This document shows positions 9,499-19,129 of a DNA stretch of 64,000 bases, one piece after another. Positions within the stretch are counted from its first letter, which is position 1. Every line of letters starts with the position of its first letter. This stretch comes from Escherichia phage UPWr_E1. The notes under the pieces were generated by a model, which was given only the letters and a program-made list of their open reading frames with translations, was not told the DNA's origin and searched no databases. The position numbers and the translations under genes are program-made. Location of the stretch: the sequence record PP418985.1; one strand, given 5' to 3'.

Positions 9499-11001
9499 TT
9501 AAATCTCGATTGTTTTCGTGGCATATTCGAATCGATCGGTGTTGTAAATTTTTATTCTTTCAAGCGCGTGTTTAAGAGCATAATTAAGGTGGCTAAACTG
9601 TTTCTTAGCATTCTTGCTCTTTGTCTTAACCGCCAAATGATCGATAAGATCCCAAACGGTAGCAATATCCTTAGAACCATGTTTACGCAATGCACGACCG
9701 ATACTCTGACGAACGATAGTTGATTCCTTCACTGGATGACCGAAAATAACATGATGCAAGTTCTTGATGGAAACACCAGTAGAGAACACACCATAAGACG
9801 CAACACAAATGATCCCTGTTTCCCCTTCCGCTAATTTCTTAAATTCATCACGTTCTTCTGTCTTAACTCCACCGTCAATATAATAAACCTTGTCGTGTAC
9901 CTTCTGCAACGCATCATACATAAGTTTTCCGTGCTTAGTATTGCGGAACATCAGGAATACGTTTTCGCCCTTCTTAGCGAGTTTTAGCGCCAAATTGCAA
10001 GCAAACTTATTTCGTCGTGGGTTAGACGTAATATACTTGATCTCTTCCGCATATTCTCTCCCCTTAACCGCGCTACATTCCTCATCGGTATAACGAAGGA
10101 AAAGACAGTTAATTTTCAGTTTTGTCACTTGGCCTTCTTCCATCAGGCGGTCAATACTCACGATCTTAGAAATATCACCGAAAAGCCCGACATACTGCAT
10201 CATGTTAGCTTTCCCGTCACGAGGGGAACCAGTCATGCCGATCTTAAATTGGCAATGATCCATATCAGTAACGATGTTTAGCAGGTTTTTAGCAGTGGCC
10301 TTGTGACATTCATCAACAATCACCATCCCGAATTGTTTAAACCATTCACGAGGTTGTTTACATGCTGATTGCCACGTACTAACAACGATCAGGCGATCTC
10401 CTACATTCTTAGTAGTACCACTCATGATAGTATGAATTGCCTCATAAGGAAACTGGCGATAATCAACAAAATCATCACGCATTTGCAGCACTAGCGACGT
10501 GGTAGGAACGATGATCAGCACTTTCCCTTCGTAGTTCTCTAAGTACCAGCGAGACAACATACAAGCAATCGCAGATTTACCAGCGGACGTAGGCAAAACT
10601 AACATACGGCGTTTATGATGAATACCTTCAAAGACAGCCTTTGATTGATACCAATGCGGGGTGATCCTGTTAGCACCGGAATATAATTCTAAGTCGTTAC
10701 ACCATTTTGTAATTTCTTCTTCTGTAACCTGTTCTTTCTCGAATAAGCGAGGGTCTACCCATACGCTATAGCCCATATTTTTAGCGAATATTCCCACGGT
10801 TTTAGTTAGGCCGATTGGCAACTTTCCATTGTAATCTAAAAGACGAATACGCCCATCCCATCCGCCGTATTTTACTCGTTTTTGAAACCGTGCACCTTCA
10901 ACTTCAAAGCTAAAATAATCCCTCATTTCTAATAAAATTGAATCGCTACATTCAATTTGAACATGGGAGTAGTTCAGAAAGTGAATTTTAATATCTTGCA
11001 T
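9499..11001 (-). CDS. uvsW: UvsW RNA-DNA and DNA-DNA helicase (SF2)
   Basis: Strong match to T4 UvsW (M-DIKIHF start, PTSAGKS Walker A, DECH box, VWDLIDH). ATG at 11001 chosen over the track's GTG at 11016 by alignment to T4. Confidence 0.9.
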   Translation of the reverse strand: MQDIKIHFLNYSHVQIECSDSILLEMRDYFSFEVEGARFQKRVKYGGWDGRIRLLDYNGKLPIGLTKTVGIFAKNMGYSVWVDPRLFEKEQVTEEEITKWCNDLELYSGANRITPHWYQSKAVFEGIHHKRRMLVLPTSAGKSAIACMLSRWYLENYEGKVLIIVPTTSLVLQMRDDFVDYRQFPYEAIHTIMSGTTKNVGDRLIVVSTWQSACKQPREWFKQFGMVIVDECHKATAKNLLNIVTDMDHCQFKIGMTGSPRDGKANMMQYVGLFGDISKIVSIDRLMEEGQVTKLKINCLFLRYTDEECSAVKGREYAEEIKYITSNPRRNKFACNLALKLAKKGENVFLMFRNTKHGKLMYDALQKVHDKVYYIDGGVKTEERDEFKKLAEGETGIICVASYGVFSTGVSIKNLHHVIFGHPVKESTIVRQSIGRALRKHGSKDIATVWDLIDHLAVKTKSKNAKKQFSHLNYALKHALERIKIYNTDRFEYATKTIEI

Positions 11002-11037
11002 AGCGAATAGCCTCACTCAATAAATACAGTATACAAA

Positions 11038-11045
11038 TATTTATA
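11038..11045 (-). promoter_or_regulatory. T4-type late promoter (TATAAATA) for uvsW
   Basis: tatttata on plus strand, 37 nt upstream of the uvsW ATG. Confidence 0.55.
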
Positions 11046-11071
11046 CAAACACCCCCAATCAGGAGAATAAC

Positions 11072-11797
11072 ATGTTTGATAAAGAATATTTCGAAGAACT
11101 CCGCGCTATTGCGGCGTCCGACGACAAAGAAGCACAGAAAACAGCTAAAACAGAATTAGCTGACTACGCAAAACAATTTGATATCAAGGTCAAAAAGACG
11201 TTATCACTAGAGAACATGATCGAGTTCGTAGAAACCGAATTAACTAAACTGGCTTCCGAAATGGAAGAAGAAACTCCGGCAGAAGGAACCAGTATTAACG
11301 ATCTTATTCTGGCAGCAGATACCGCAGATGATAAAGTGGTATTCGACGAAGTTGATCCGTCTCTGGTTGAAGCAATGAAAGAACCCGAGATCGTCATTGA
11401 AGAAACAAAAGAAGAATCTCCAGCAGTTGAACCAGTGGTCGAAGAAGTTAAGTCAGTTGTTGAAGAAGCGCCGGAAGTTAAAGTGGAATCTCCGGTAGCC
11501 AACATTTTCTCCGACGAAGCAGAGCATCGTTCCCCAGCACATGACACTGATTCATTTTGTGATCTTACTGGTTTCCGTCCGACCATTTGCTTGATCGGTG
11601 GCGGTCGTGGTTACTACTCCTGCCCGTGGTGGATTTTCGACTGGATTGTTAATACTCCAGATTGGAAGAAGTACCCAGAGCGTTTCCCGCACGCGTATGT
11701 ACACGACACCCTCAAGTCACTGATCTATTATATCAAACGCGATGGGTCTGTCAAGGTGCGAGAGACTAAACACAGCCAATTCCACACTCTTAAATAA
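11072..11797 (+). CDS. inh: Putative Inh (prohead protease inhibitor)-like acidic protein
   Basis: 241 aa (T4 Inh 226 aa) between uvsW and hoc as in T4; acidic E/V/P-rich middle; sequence identity to T4 Inh not verified. Confidence 0.4.
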   Translation: MFDKEYFEELRAIAASDDKEAQKTAKTELADYAKQFDIKVKKTLSLENMIEFVETELTKLASEMEEETPAEGTSINDLILAADTADDKVVFDEVDPSLVEAMKEPEIVIEETKEESPAVEPVVEEVKSVVEEAPEVKVESPVANIFSDEAEHRSPAHDTDSFCDLTGFRPTICLIGGGRGYYSCPWWIFDWIVNTPDWKKYPERFPHAYVHDTLKSLIYYIKRDGSVKVRETKHSQFHTLK

Positions 11798-11875
11798 TAA
11801 GAGTGTAAAAGTTGTGAAATATTTGTTATGTTTTTAATTGTAGTTCCGTTATGCAATTAAAAAAGAGGATATTAC

Positions 11876-14419
11876 ATGTCTAACAAAATCAATGTATTAC
11901 ATCAAACAGAAGGTCCGGTTTATGGTTCCGTTGGTCGTCCACTTCTGTTAAAGATTGTTGTCAGTACAGCAGATTTTAAAGATTTTATAGCAGAATGGAA
12001 GCTGAACGGTGTAAATGTGCCAGCAGAACAAATTTCCGACGCGGATCAGTCTCTGTATATTGAGGAAATGCGAGAAAATCAATTTGGTACATATACATGT
12101 CACATTAAACTGAAAGACGAACCACAGGTCGGTGTAGATATTAAGCCTATTCTTGTACAGCGTAGATTTTTTATTGCACCGCAAGATCAGTCTCCGACGT
12201 ATATTAAAAAACGAATCGGCGAAGAATTAACCCTATTCGCAACACCAGCAATTGAACTAGGTCAACACCCAGAGTTTCAATGGTATCGAAATCATATTCC
12301 GGTAGAACCAGAAAAAATCGAGGACAACCGAACCGTTCATATTGCCCGTGTTGGTCTTATTGATTTTGGCAATTATACGTGTCGTGTTACTGTCCGTGGT
12401 GAACCAGCATCACAATATTGGATTAATCCAATTATTGTAGAAAAGAATGATACCCCTCCTGTAGTGCATCTTAGCGAAGAATATCCTAGCTCTATTACAG
12501 TAGCAGAGGATTCAGCGGTACATCTCAATGTACTTGTTACATCAGATGATAAAGTATCGCCTATTGAGTATACGTGGATTCATAACGGTAGGATTGTTAT
12601 CGAAGAAAACGGAAACTCTTTGGCAATTCCGCATATTCGAAAAGATCAGGAAGGTATCTGGCGTCTTGAGGTAAAACAAGGTGACACTACGGTGTATTCT
12701 AAAGATTGTCATATTGAGGTTGATAGTCAACCATTCTTTAGGATCACACGTCAACCGCAAACTCTTAACGTGTCTGGCGGTGCTTTGGGTTTATTCAGCG
12801 TTGATTATAGAACAAACTATTCACCTGTAAAGATCCAGTGGTATCGTAAAAAGAATACAGAACAGGAGTTTACACCAATTGTAGGTGAGACTAATAAAGA
12901 TCTTCATATTACACCAGCTACTACTGAATTAAACCGAGCACGCTACAAAGCTCGTATCACGTATGGCACAGACCAATACAGAGATTCAGAAGAAGCTGAA
13001 TTGCTAGTAGGTGAAGCATTAACTATTAGAATCACCAAACAACCACAAGCTCTACAAAACGTCCGAGTTTCTTCCTCACAGACGATCACTTGTGAAGCTG
13101 AAACAAACTATGAACATTATCGCTTAGATTATCAGTGGTATAAAGATAACGAATTAATGCCAGGCAAAACATCTAATGTATTGCACTTCTCATCAATCAA
13201 AAAGACAGATGAGGGGCAATATAAGTGTATTGCATCAATGGGTATTTCTGGTCATCGAATTACCGCAGAATCATCACCAGCACAGGTGACAGTAGACAAT
13301 TCAAAGGCATCACTGACTATCACTAAACAGCCAACTGGTGCAACAATTCGCACTGGTGGGTCGTGGTCTATTTCGGTCGAAGCAACATCAAACGATGCAC
13401 TACCGATTCGCTATCGCTGGTTTAAAGACGGCGAAGATCTATTCCCACAAGGCGTTGAACAAAAAAACGTTTACGGTGAAGACCATGCTCAACCTGATTC
13501 GACTGGTGTATATACTTGTCGCGTTTCGGTTGGTTTTGGTGATCACCGAGCGTCTCAAATGTCACATCCAGCAAGGGTGCTAATTAGCGATAATGTGGAA
13601 ATTGTGCCGAATGACTTACAGGTCACCGCACATCCTCATGATAATGACGTTAAGTATAATCAGCGTGTTATCTTAACAGCAAGATCTCAAAATAGCATCG
13701 GGTTAAAACCACATATTCAATGGAAAAAGGATGGTGTTGCTATTCCGGGTGCAAATTCAGAGACTTTAGTCATTGAGCACGCGAAACCATTGGATGCAGG
13801 GGTTTACACCGCAGATATTACCGCAGCAGAAAAAACGGTAACAACCAATCCGGCTACAGTTACTGTAGCAGAGCACAGCAATATTAATATCTTAAAACAT
13901 CCAGTGGATGTGGTTGCAAAAGAAGGACAAACCACCGACATTGTATTGGAAGCTCATGCGGAACATTCTGACGGTGAAACCGAAGTTAGTTATCAGTGGC
14001 ATAAAATTAAAGATGGCGTAGACACTGAAATAAGAGATGCAACAAATAAAACTTTAGTTATCCCTCATGCACAGATCAGCAAGCAAGCTCATCAAGCGAC
14101 CTATTACGCCGAGATAAAAGAAGAGAATGGACACGTTAAACATAGCGAAAAAGTTCGAGTGGTGTTTACTACCGCGAAATTAAAACGCTATGTTCACCCG
14201 ATCCCGTGGCGACGTACATCCTTCCAGTATCAAGGCTATTGGGTTATGGATGAGATTGATCGCTGTAATCGTGAAGGGCTTAACTGGCTTGAGGACTTTA
14301 CGCACACCAAATATCCAGAAGAGATCGAAACTATTGCTGCATCATTGCATCATTATTCAAATACTCATGTATTAGAATCTCGTAATGGTTATCTGGTTGA
14401 TGGTACTCAACTATTTTAA
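11876..14419 (+). CDS. hoc: Hoc-like outer capsid protein with expanded Ig-like array (847 aa)
   Basis: C-terminal YVHPIPWRRTSF...WVMDEI...ESRNGY matches the T4 Hoc capsid-binding domain (YVHPLPHR...GWWVMDEI...ESRNGY); upstream repeated Ig-like modules of about 90-100 aa with YTC-x-V motifs. Confidence 0.85.
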   Translation: MSNKINVLHQTEGPVYGSVGRPLLLKIVVSTADFKDFIAEWKLNGVNVPAEQISDADQSLYIEEMRENQFGTYTCHIKLKDEPQVGVDIKPILVQRRFFIAPQDQSPTYIKKRIGEELTLFATPAIELGQHPEFQWYRNHIPVEPEKIEDNRTVHIARVGLIDFGNYTCRVTVRGEPASQYWINPIIVEKNDTPPVVHLSEEYPSSITVAEDSAVHLNVLVTSDDKVSPIEYTWIHNGRIVIEENGNSLAIPHIRKDQEGIWRLEVKQGDTTVYSKDCHIEVDSQPFFRITRQPQTLNVSGGALGLFSVDYRTNYSPVKIQWYRKKNTEQEFTPIVGETNKDLHITPATTELNRARYKARITYGTDQYRDSEEAELLVGEALTIRITKQPQALQNVRVSSSQTITCEAETNYEHYRLDYQWYKDNELMPGKTSNVLHFSSIKKTDEGQYKCIASMGISGHRITAESSPAQVTVDNSKASLTITKQPTGATIRTGGSWSISVEATSNDALPIRYRWFKDGEDLFPQGVEQKNVYGEDHAQPDSTGVYTCRVSVGFGDHRASQMSHPARVLISDNVEIVPNDLQVTAHPHDNDVKYNQRVILTARSQNSIGLKPHIQWKKDGVAIPGANSETLVIEHAKPLDAGVYTADITAAEKTVTTNPATVTVAEHSNINILKHPVDVVAKEGQTTDIVLEAHAEHSDGETEVSYQWHKIKDGVDTEIRDATNKTLVIPHAQISKQAHQATYYAEIKEENGHVKHSEKVRVVFTTAKLKRYVHPIPWRRTSFQYQGYWVMDEIDRCNREGLNWLEDFTHTKYPEEIETIAASLHHYSNTHVLESRNGYLVDGTQLF

Positions 14420-14463
14420 TATTATTGGTCGCCCTTCGGGGCGACCTTAACGGAGTTATTTTT

Positions 14464-15696
14464 ATGGCATTTACAGTAGCACTAAAATCAAATAAAAAAT
14501 GTTTCCTTGCTGGCGATACATTTAAATTAACGGCTACATTAGCTGGGGTGGAAGATGGTCCGGTCCCATCAAATGTTACCTATGCATGGACTAAAAATGA
14601 TCAGCCAATTGAAAATGAATCAAATGTATTAACGGTCTCTAACGCAACAGCCGAGAGCGCCGGAAAATATAAAGTATCCGTTACTGACACAGACACACAA
14701 GAAGTGGTAGAATCTGCGGTTGTGTCAATGGCAGAAGCAGAATTAGTAGTTAAAATTAATCATCCATCTAGCTACGTCGCATTCGATGAGGCGGTAGAAT
14801 TAACAACTACGGTTTCATATTCAACCGGATTTGCACCGTCTAGCAATTACCAGTTGCATTATAAATGGGAACAAGATCAAACAAATTTAAACCATAGCGA
14901 AAGCACATTATCGATCAGCAACTTCGTCGATGACAACAATGGCGTTTATAAGGTTACTGTATGGGGCGAGTCAGAAACATCAGCGGACAGCGCCAGTGTT
15001 AAACTTGCAGCAATCTCTATATCTGTAGTTGAAGATGTACCACTGGCAAAAACCGTCGCAATGGGTAAACCGATCACACTACCTTATCGCACGATGGGTG
15101 TTTCTATCGGTGACACGTCAGGTCTTCCGGCATTATCAACTAAACAGTCATGGTATTTGCAGCGAGAAGGACAACCGCGCCCGACACTGATCGGGAGTGA
15201 GGTTGGGGAGGCATTGGAAGGGTTTTCTATCATGCCTAACGGCTATTTGCACAAAGAAGCTGCAACAATGGACGACACCGCTAACTTTTGGTGTATCGTA
15301 GAGTTGCTTCAAGAAATTGACGGGCAGCCAGTACCAATCGAAGAAAAAGGTAGCTCTCATTGCGCACTGGAAGTTGTAGAATCACTTCATAAGATGTTCC
15401 GGTATGTGCACCCGATCCCGTGGCGCAAAACTTCGTTTATCTATATTGGATGGTGGGTATTCGACGAGATCGTTAAATTCAATGAGGCAGGGTTAGAATG
15501 GAGAAACCGTGAAGTTTACGAGGATAGCAAATATGCAAGCGACATCGAGACGATCGCGGCAGCGGAAGAAAAATATAGTGATTGCACTTGCATGGAATCT
15601 CGCAATGGTTTCATGTATCAGTCCAAAGAGTTCCATAAACTGGACCGAGAGACATTAGAGCGTGTCCTGCGCATTCGTGAAACGCCTCCTGCTTAA
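14464..15696 (+). CDS. Second Hoc-like paralog (about 410 aa)
   Basis: C-terminus FRYVHPIPWRKTSF...GWWVFDEI...ESRNGF is homologous to the Hoc capsid-binding domain; Ig-like N-terminal modules. ATG 14464 preferred because the track start at 14425 lies inside a hairpin. Confidence 0.8.
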   Translation: MAFTVALKSNKKCFLAGDTFKLTATLAGVEDGPVPSNVTYAWTKNDQPIENESNVLTVSNATAESAGKYKVSVTDTDTQEVVESAVVSMAEAELVVKINHPSSYVAFDEAVELTTTVSYSTGFAPSSNYQLHYKWEQDQTNLNHSESTLSISNFVDDNNGVYKVTVWGESETSADSASVKLAAISISVVEDVPLAKTVAMGKPITLPYRTMGVSIGDTSGLPALSTKQSWYLQREGQPRPTLIGSEVGEALEGFSIMPNGYLHKEAATMDDTANFWCIVELLQEIDGQPVPIEEKGSSHCALEVVESLHKMFRYVHPIPWRKTSFIYIGWWVFDEIVKFNEAGLEWRNREVYEDSKYASDIETIAAAEEKYSDCTCMESRNGFMYQSKEFHKLDRETLERVLRIRETPPA

Positions 15697-15707
15697 TGAA
15701 ATCTATC

Positions 15708-15736
15708 AGCCATCCTTCGGGGTGGCTTTTTTGTTT
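15708..15736 (+). terminator. Rho-independent terminator after the hoc paralogs
   Basis: agccatcc-ttcg-gggtggct hairpin followed by a T-run. Confidence 0.65.
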
Positions 15737-15743
15737 TTAGTGC

Positions 15744-15771
15744 TTGACAGTGTGATTTAGTGGCTTATAAT
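15744..15771 (+). promoter_or_regulatory. Sigma70-like promoter
   Basis: TTGACA, 16-nt spacer, TATAAT. Confidence 0.6.
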
Positions 15772-15891
15772 GACACACATCAACAGGGCGTTACCCTATG
15801 AGGAAAATATTATGAATATGGGGTTGAAAATGGCTTTAATAACTGTTACTGTCCTATTCGTTGTTGTGTTTATGAATGTATGAGGTGAAGT

Positions 15892-16089
15892 ATGAATGAG
15901 ATTGTACGATTGATCAAAGAAACACCAATCGAGATGTATTTTCTGGCTTTGGTTGCAACAATGGTCTATCAGCTAGTCGCATGTCATGTATGGAAATCAG
16001 AAAATGCGTTTATCCGGTTTTTTGGTACTGTCATGATCCAGTTTCCGGTACTGATCACTATCCTGTTAATCGTCAATGAGGCGAAGTAA
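15892..16089 (+). CDS. Small hydrophobic protein (65 aa)
   Basis: ORF with hydrophobic segments; overlaps the next ORF at its stop/start. Confidence 0.45.
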   Translation: MNEIVRLIKETPIEMYFLALVATMVYQLVACHVWKSENAFIRFFGTVMIQFPVLITILLIVNEAK

Positions 16090-16364
16090 TGGACAAGAAA
16101 ACAGCGTTAATGGTTTACATGCTACGCGAAGACCACGGTCTTAATTTTGTTGATATTGCTAAAAAGATTGGCGGGTTCAGCGGACAAGATGCGGCTAAGG
16201 CATGGTTGATGGTAAAAGATGCACGAGAGGCTTACGCCAACCGTGAAAAGGTTGTTTATCGTAAACACCACATCAACAAAAAATTTAAAAATAAAGTTCA
16301 AAAACGTGTTGACAAGCCAAATAACACTGTTATAATGGACGCATTCAAACGGGCAATGTCCTGA
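16089..16364 (+). CDS. Hypothetical basic protein (91 aa), possible DNA-binding
   Basis: Translationally coupled ORF; basic C-terminus (KKFKNKVQKR); function not established. Confidence 0.45.
   Translation: MDKKTALMVYMLREDHGLNFVDIAKKIGGFSGQDAAKAWLMVKDAREAYANREKVVYRKHHINKKFKNKVQKRVDKPNNTVIMDAFKRAMS
16309..16336 (+). promoter_or_regulatory. Sigma70-like promoter inside the 3' end of the 91-aa ORF
   Basis: TTGACA, 16-nt spacer, TATAAT; upstream of the ORF at 16411. Confidence 0.55.
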
Positions 16365-16410
16365 TTTGTAATTAATATTCTGAATAACTAATCAATAGAG
16401 GTGACTAATT

Positions 16411-16848
16411 ATGAAATTCCGCAAAAACCACGTAGCAATGAAAAAAGCAATGTTTGAAGCATTCAAAGCAGTTGATCAGGGCGGTGTTACTCTGATTGAG
16501 CAAATTAATGTTGATGTTTGGCAGTCTCCGGCGATCACTTGCTCACGTCTGGCGACGGCTGGTCTTCTGAATGTTCACAGCTCTACAGCATACGACGAAG
16601 CATTGCAAGTTATTAAGGCTTTCGCTGGCGACGTTACCAGCAAGTGGGTCTATGAGAATAAAGGTGAAATTGCGGTTGCTCACGTAGGCAACAATATCCA
16701 GATGGAAATCAAGATTAAGGAAGGGTCTAAACGCAATCAGATGCTTGTTCGCTTCCAGCCATACAAAACTAACGTAGTGCCGGATGATCTGGTCATCTCT
16801 AAGAGTAATGTTACCATTCGCCGAAATCAGATCGTTATCAACAAATAA
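16411..16848 (+). CDS. Hypothetical protein (145 aa)
   Basis: ORF with GAGG Shine-Dalgarno; terminator immediately downstream. Confidence 0.55.
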   Translation: MKFRKNHVAMKKAMFEAFKAVDQGGVTLIEQINVDVWQSPAITCSRLATAGLLNVHSSTAYDEALQVIKAFAGDVTSKWVYENKGEIAVAHVGNNIQMEIKIKEGSKRNQMLVRFQPYKTNVVPDDLVISKSNVTIRRNQIVINK

Positions 16849-16857
16849 TTAACATTA

Positions 16858-16882
16858 GCCGTCCTTCGGGGCGGCTTTTTTG
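16858..16882 (+). terminator. Rho-independent terminator
   Basis: agccgtcc-ttcg-gggcggct hairpin followed by ttttttg. Confidence 0.65.
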
Positions 16883-16935
16883 TATATATCATTAACATAA
16901 TTTTAGTTTACATATGCACATTATTAATACAGTTT

Positions 16936-17007
16936 GATTAAATTATGATCAAAACGAAGAAAGATCTTTAGAACATAGAAAATGTATCTTTGATTAATTA
17001 TTAATCA
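16936..17007. repeat. Intergenic 72-bp repeat, copy A
   Basis: gattaaattatgatcaaaacgaagaaagatctttagaa...attaatca; first 25 nt identical to copy B; contains palindrome aaagatcttt. Confidence 0.7.
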
Positions 17008-17084
17008 CCACATATTGTAACGCAAATGTTATACTCCGTAGGAGTTCGCGAAGCGATATCCTTTTGTGTAGTTTTTACATATAT

Positions 17085-17156
17085 GATTAAATTATGATCA
17101 AAACGAAGACTTATCTTATAGAATAATAAAAATTTGTTTCGAACATTTATTAATCA
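17085..17156. repeat. Intergenic 72-bp repeat, copy B
   Basis: gattaaattatgatcaaaacgaagacttatcttatagaataataaaaatttgtttcg...attaatca; 149 bp downstream of copy A. Confidence 0.7.
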
Positions 17157-17265
17157 ATTACTAGAAGTGTTTTATTGCTCGCTGTGCTCGCTTCCGCTAC
17201 GCGGATACTTGTATTTGTTATTAACTTGTAGTATGATATTGCTTTCTATGGAGGAAAATATTATG

Positions 17266-17850
17266 TTTGACCAGTTACAAGATCTATTTGGAGTAAAACC
17301 ACTTCGTAGATGTGCTTTAATCGGCTCTAGAAAAGCGCCTAGCGACATTTTGATAATGGCTAGTACCATTGGGAGGGTATTGTCAGAAAATCGCGTTGTA
17401 GCGCATTCTGGAGGGGCTTACGGTATGGACAATGCTTTCATGAAGTATTACGATCCAGATTATAGAAAAATTTTCATTCCAAATTGGAAGTTTTATGACC
17501 ACAAGCATAACGGTCATGATGTGATTGCATGGCAAACCTTAGAACAAAAGAATCTGGCGATGGATGAATTAGAACACGTTTATGATAATCCTCGTTCTAT
17601 ACCGTTATACATGCAAAATTTATTTTCTAGAAATGTTGCTCAAGTCTTAGGTGAGACACTTGATGATCCTGTAGATTGTGTGTTATTCTGGGCGAAAGAA
17701 GTTAATGGAATCGTTTCGGGAGGAACTCGAATTGCTGTTTATGTTGCCCGTAGACATGGGATACCATGTTTTAACTTATATCATCAAGAAAATAGATCCG
17801 CCGTCGAAAAAATCTTGGGCGGATCTGATTTGTCTTGGTTAGATATTTAG
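17266..17850 (+). CDS. DprA/SLOG-like Rossmann-fold protein (about 195 aa)
   Basis: ATG at 17266 with GGAGG Shine-Dalgarno (the track's longer ORF from 17134 runs through the repeat). Motifs IGSRKAP and HSGGAYGMD resemble the DprA/Smf and LOG-like Rossmann core; assignment is by motif only. Confidence 0.4.
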   Translation, partial: FDQLQDLFGVKPLRRCALIGSRKAPSDILIMASTIGRVLSENRVVAHSGGAYGMDNAFMKYYDPDYRKIFIPNWKFYDHKHNGHDVIAWQTLEQKNLAMDELEHVYDNPRSIPLYMQNLFSRNVAQVLGETLDDPVDCVLFWAKEVNGIVSGGTRIAVYVARRHGIPCFNLYHQENRSAVEKILGGSDLSWLDI

Positions 17851-19092
17851 TTAAGCGTTGTCAATCTCAAGTGGTGGCAGTTCGATTCCTAAAATGTAGG
17901 ACATTTCAGAGCGTCCAGCCATTTTACCCCAATCGTCACCCTTGATGATCTGGTGTTCTTCCTGATCAACTTTTGATGTATATGGGTTGACAGAGAGTGA
18001 ATAACGATTCATAATAGCTACATGATGCTGGAAGCTATTAGGATCAATTACGCTCTTATACGCGCCAGCGCCATCGGCTTCTGTGTATGGGGAGTAGAAC
18101 AGCGAACCTACGCTCTCCATATCACCGATCATGTGCTTACAGCCAACTAGCATATAATCGAACGGCGTTACCGTGTCTGCGTACACTTCCAGACCGCAAC
18201 GTAGACGTCCTTCGCTTAGAGCGTTGTCGGTTTCTTCCATCCATCCGGTAGACTGCAACAGACCAACTACGCGAGAAGATGCTAAAACGTATGTGCCAGC
18301 AAAGGAGGAAGTACGCAACATTTGATTGCTCATTTCGCAAGCATAGCGGTAAAGTTCACGAGCTTGTTTTGGTGCATCCTGAACGCCAACGAGAGAAAGT
18401 ACACCATCAGTGGTGATTCCTTTAATTTTATAGCGAGTTGATACAGTGATCAACTTCTGCATAATATCTTTGTTGATCTCTTCGGAAGCGACAGTAGCCA
18501 GAAGGTCGATCACAGAATTTTCAGAATTGATTTGGCTTGCCTCAAGATCCTGCATTAATTCAGTGGTGAACGAGGTTTTCAGTTTACGAGAACCTACATT
18601 AACTTGCCACTTGTCAAACTGCATAGAGGTAGACGCAATTTCGGTGTTTTTATCTTCAAAGTATTCTACCGATGCACAATCGCTATAGAAACGAATTTTG
18701 TTTGTCATTACGCCTTTAAAGATCGCAGCTTCTGGAGTTGCGGAATCTTCGCTAACTCGACCAGCAACAACAGCTTGATAAACTACGTCGCCAGATTTAA
18801 ACAGATCACCGATCTTGTATTCTTTTTCCTGTGAAAATTCTTCGATCTCTGTACGATCACCAGCCGCGCCACCGTAGGTTGCAGCAGTTCGGAAAGTCAT
18901 CTGACCATCACGATTAAGATAACGTAGGCCGTACAATGCAGATACTGGTTGATCCGTTGGCTGGATTGCTACCAGATCAGAGAAAATCAGGTTGTTTACC
19001 GCGCGAGTTAATGATAATAGTTGCGGTCGCGCTGTCTGGTTAGCTACTGAGGAAGTAGATTCCCGCAACAGTTCAGTAAAAATATGAGTCAT
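17851..19092 (-). CDS. 24: Capsid vertex protein gp24
   Basis: Matches remembered T4 gp24 N-terminus (ELLRESTxx..RP.L..LTRA...LI.SD.VA.Q.T.QPV.A.YG..YLN); about 413 aa from ATG 19092 (T4 gp24 427 aa); late promoter upstream. Confidence 0.85.
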   Translation of the reverse strand: MTHIFTELLRESTSSVANQTARPQLLSLTRAVNNLIFSDLVAIQPTDQPVSALYGLRYLNRDGQMTFRTAATYGGAAGDRTEIEEFSQEKEYKIGDLFKSGDVVYQAVVAGRVSEDSATPEAAIFKGVMTNKIRFYSDCASVEYFEDKNTEIASTSMQFDKWQVNVGSRKLKTSFTTELMQDLEASQINSENSVIDLLATVASEEINKDIMQKLITVSTRYKIKGITTDGVLSLVGVQDAPKQARELYRYACEMSNQMLRTSSFAGTYVLASSRVVGLLQSTGWMEETDNALSEGRLRCGLEVYADTVTPFDYMLVGCKHMIGDMESVGSLFYSPYTEADGAGAYKSVIDPNSFQHHVAIMNRYSLSVNPYTSKVDQEEHQIIKGDDWGKMAGRSEMSYILGIELPPLEIDNA

Positions 19093-19129
19093 GTTTATGA
19101 ATCCTGTATTTGCCTTAATGGATATATCA

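Noticed and set aside
11002-11016. GTG start for uvsW used by the ORF track
   Set aside because: Alignment to T4 UvsW (M-DIKxHF) supports the ATG at 11001; the late promoter spacing fits either.
11164-11586. 140-aa minus-strand ORF
   Set aside because: Antisense to the acidic region of the inh-like gene; Ser/Thr-rich low-complexity product typical of shadow ORFs.
14425-14463. Upstream ATG for the second hoc paralog
   Set aside because: Falls within a GC-rich hairpin (ggtcgcccttcggggcgacc) right after the first hoc stop; downstream ATG at 14464 is more plausible.
17134-17265. N-terminal 44-codon extension of the DprA-like ORF given in the ORF track
   Set aside because: The extension runs through intergenic repeat copy B and lacks an RBS; ATG at 17266 has a GGAGG Shine-Dalgarno.
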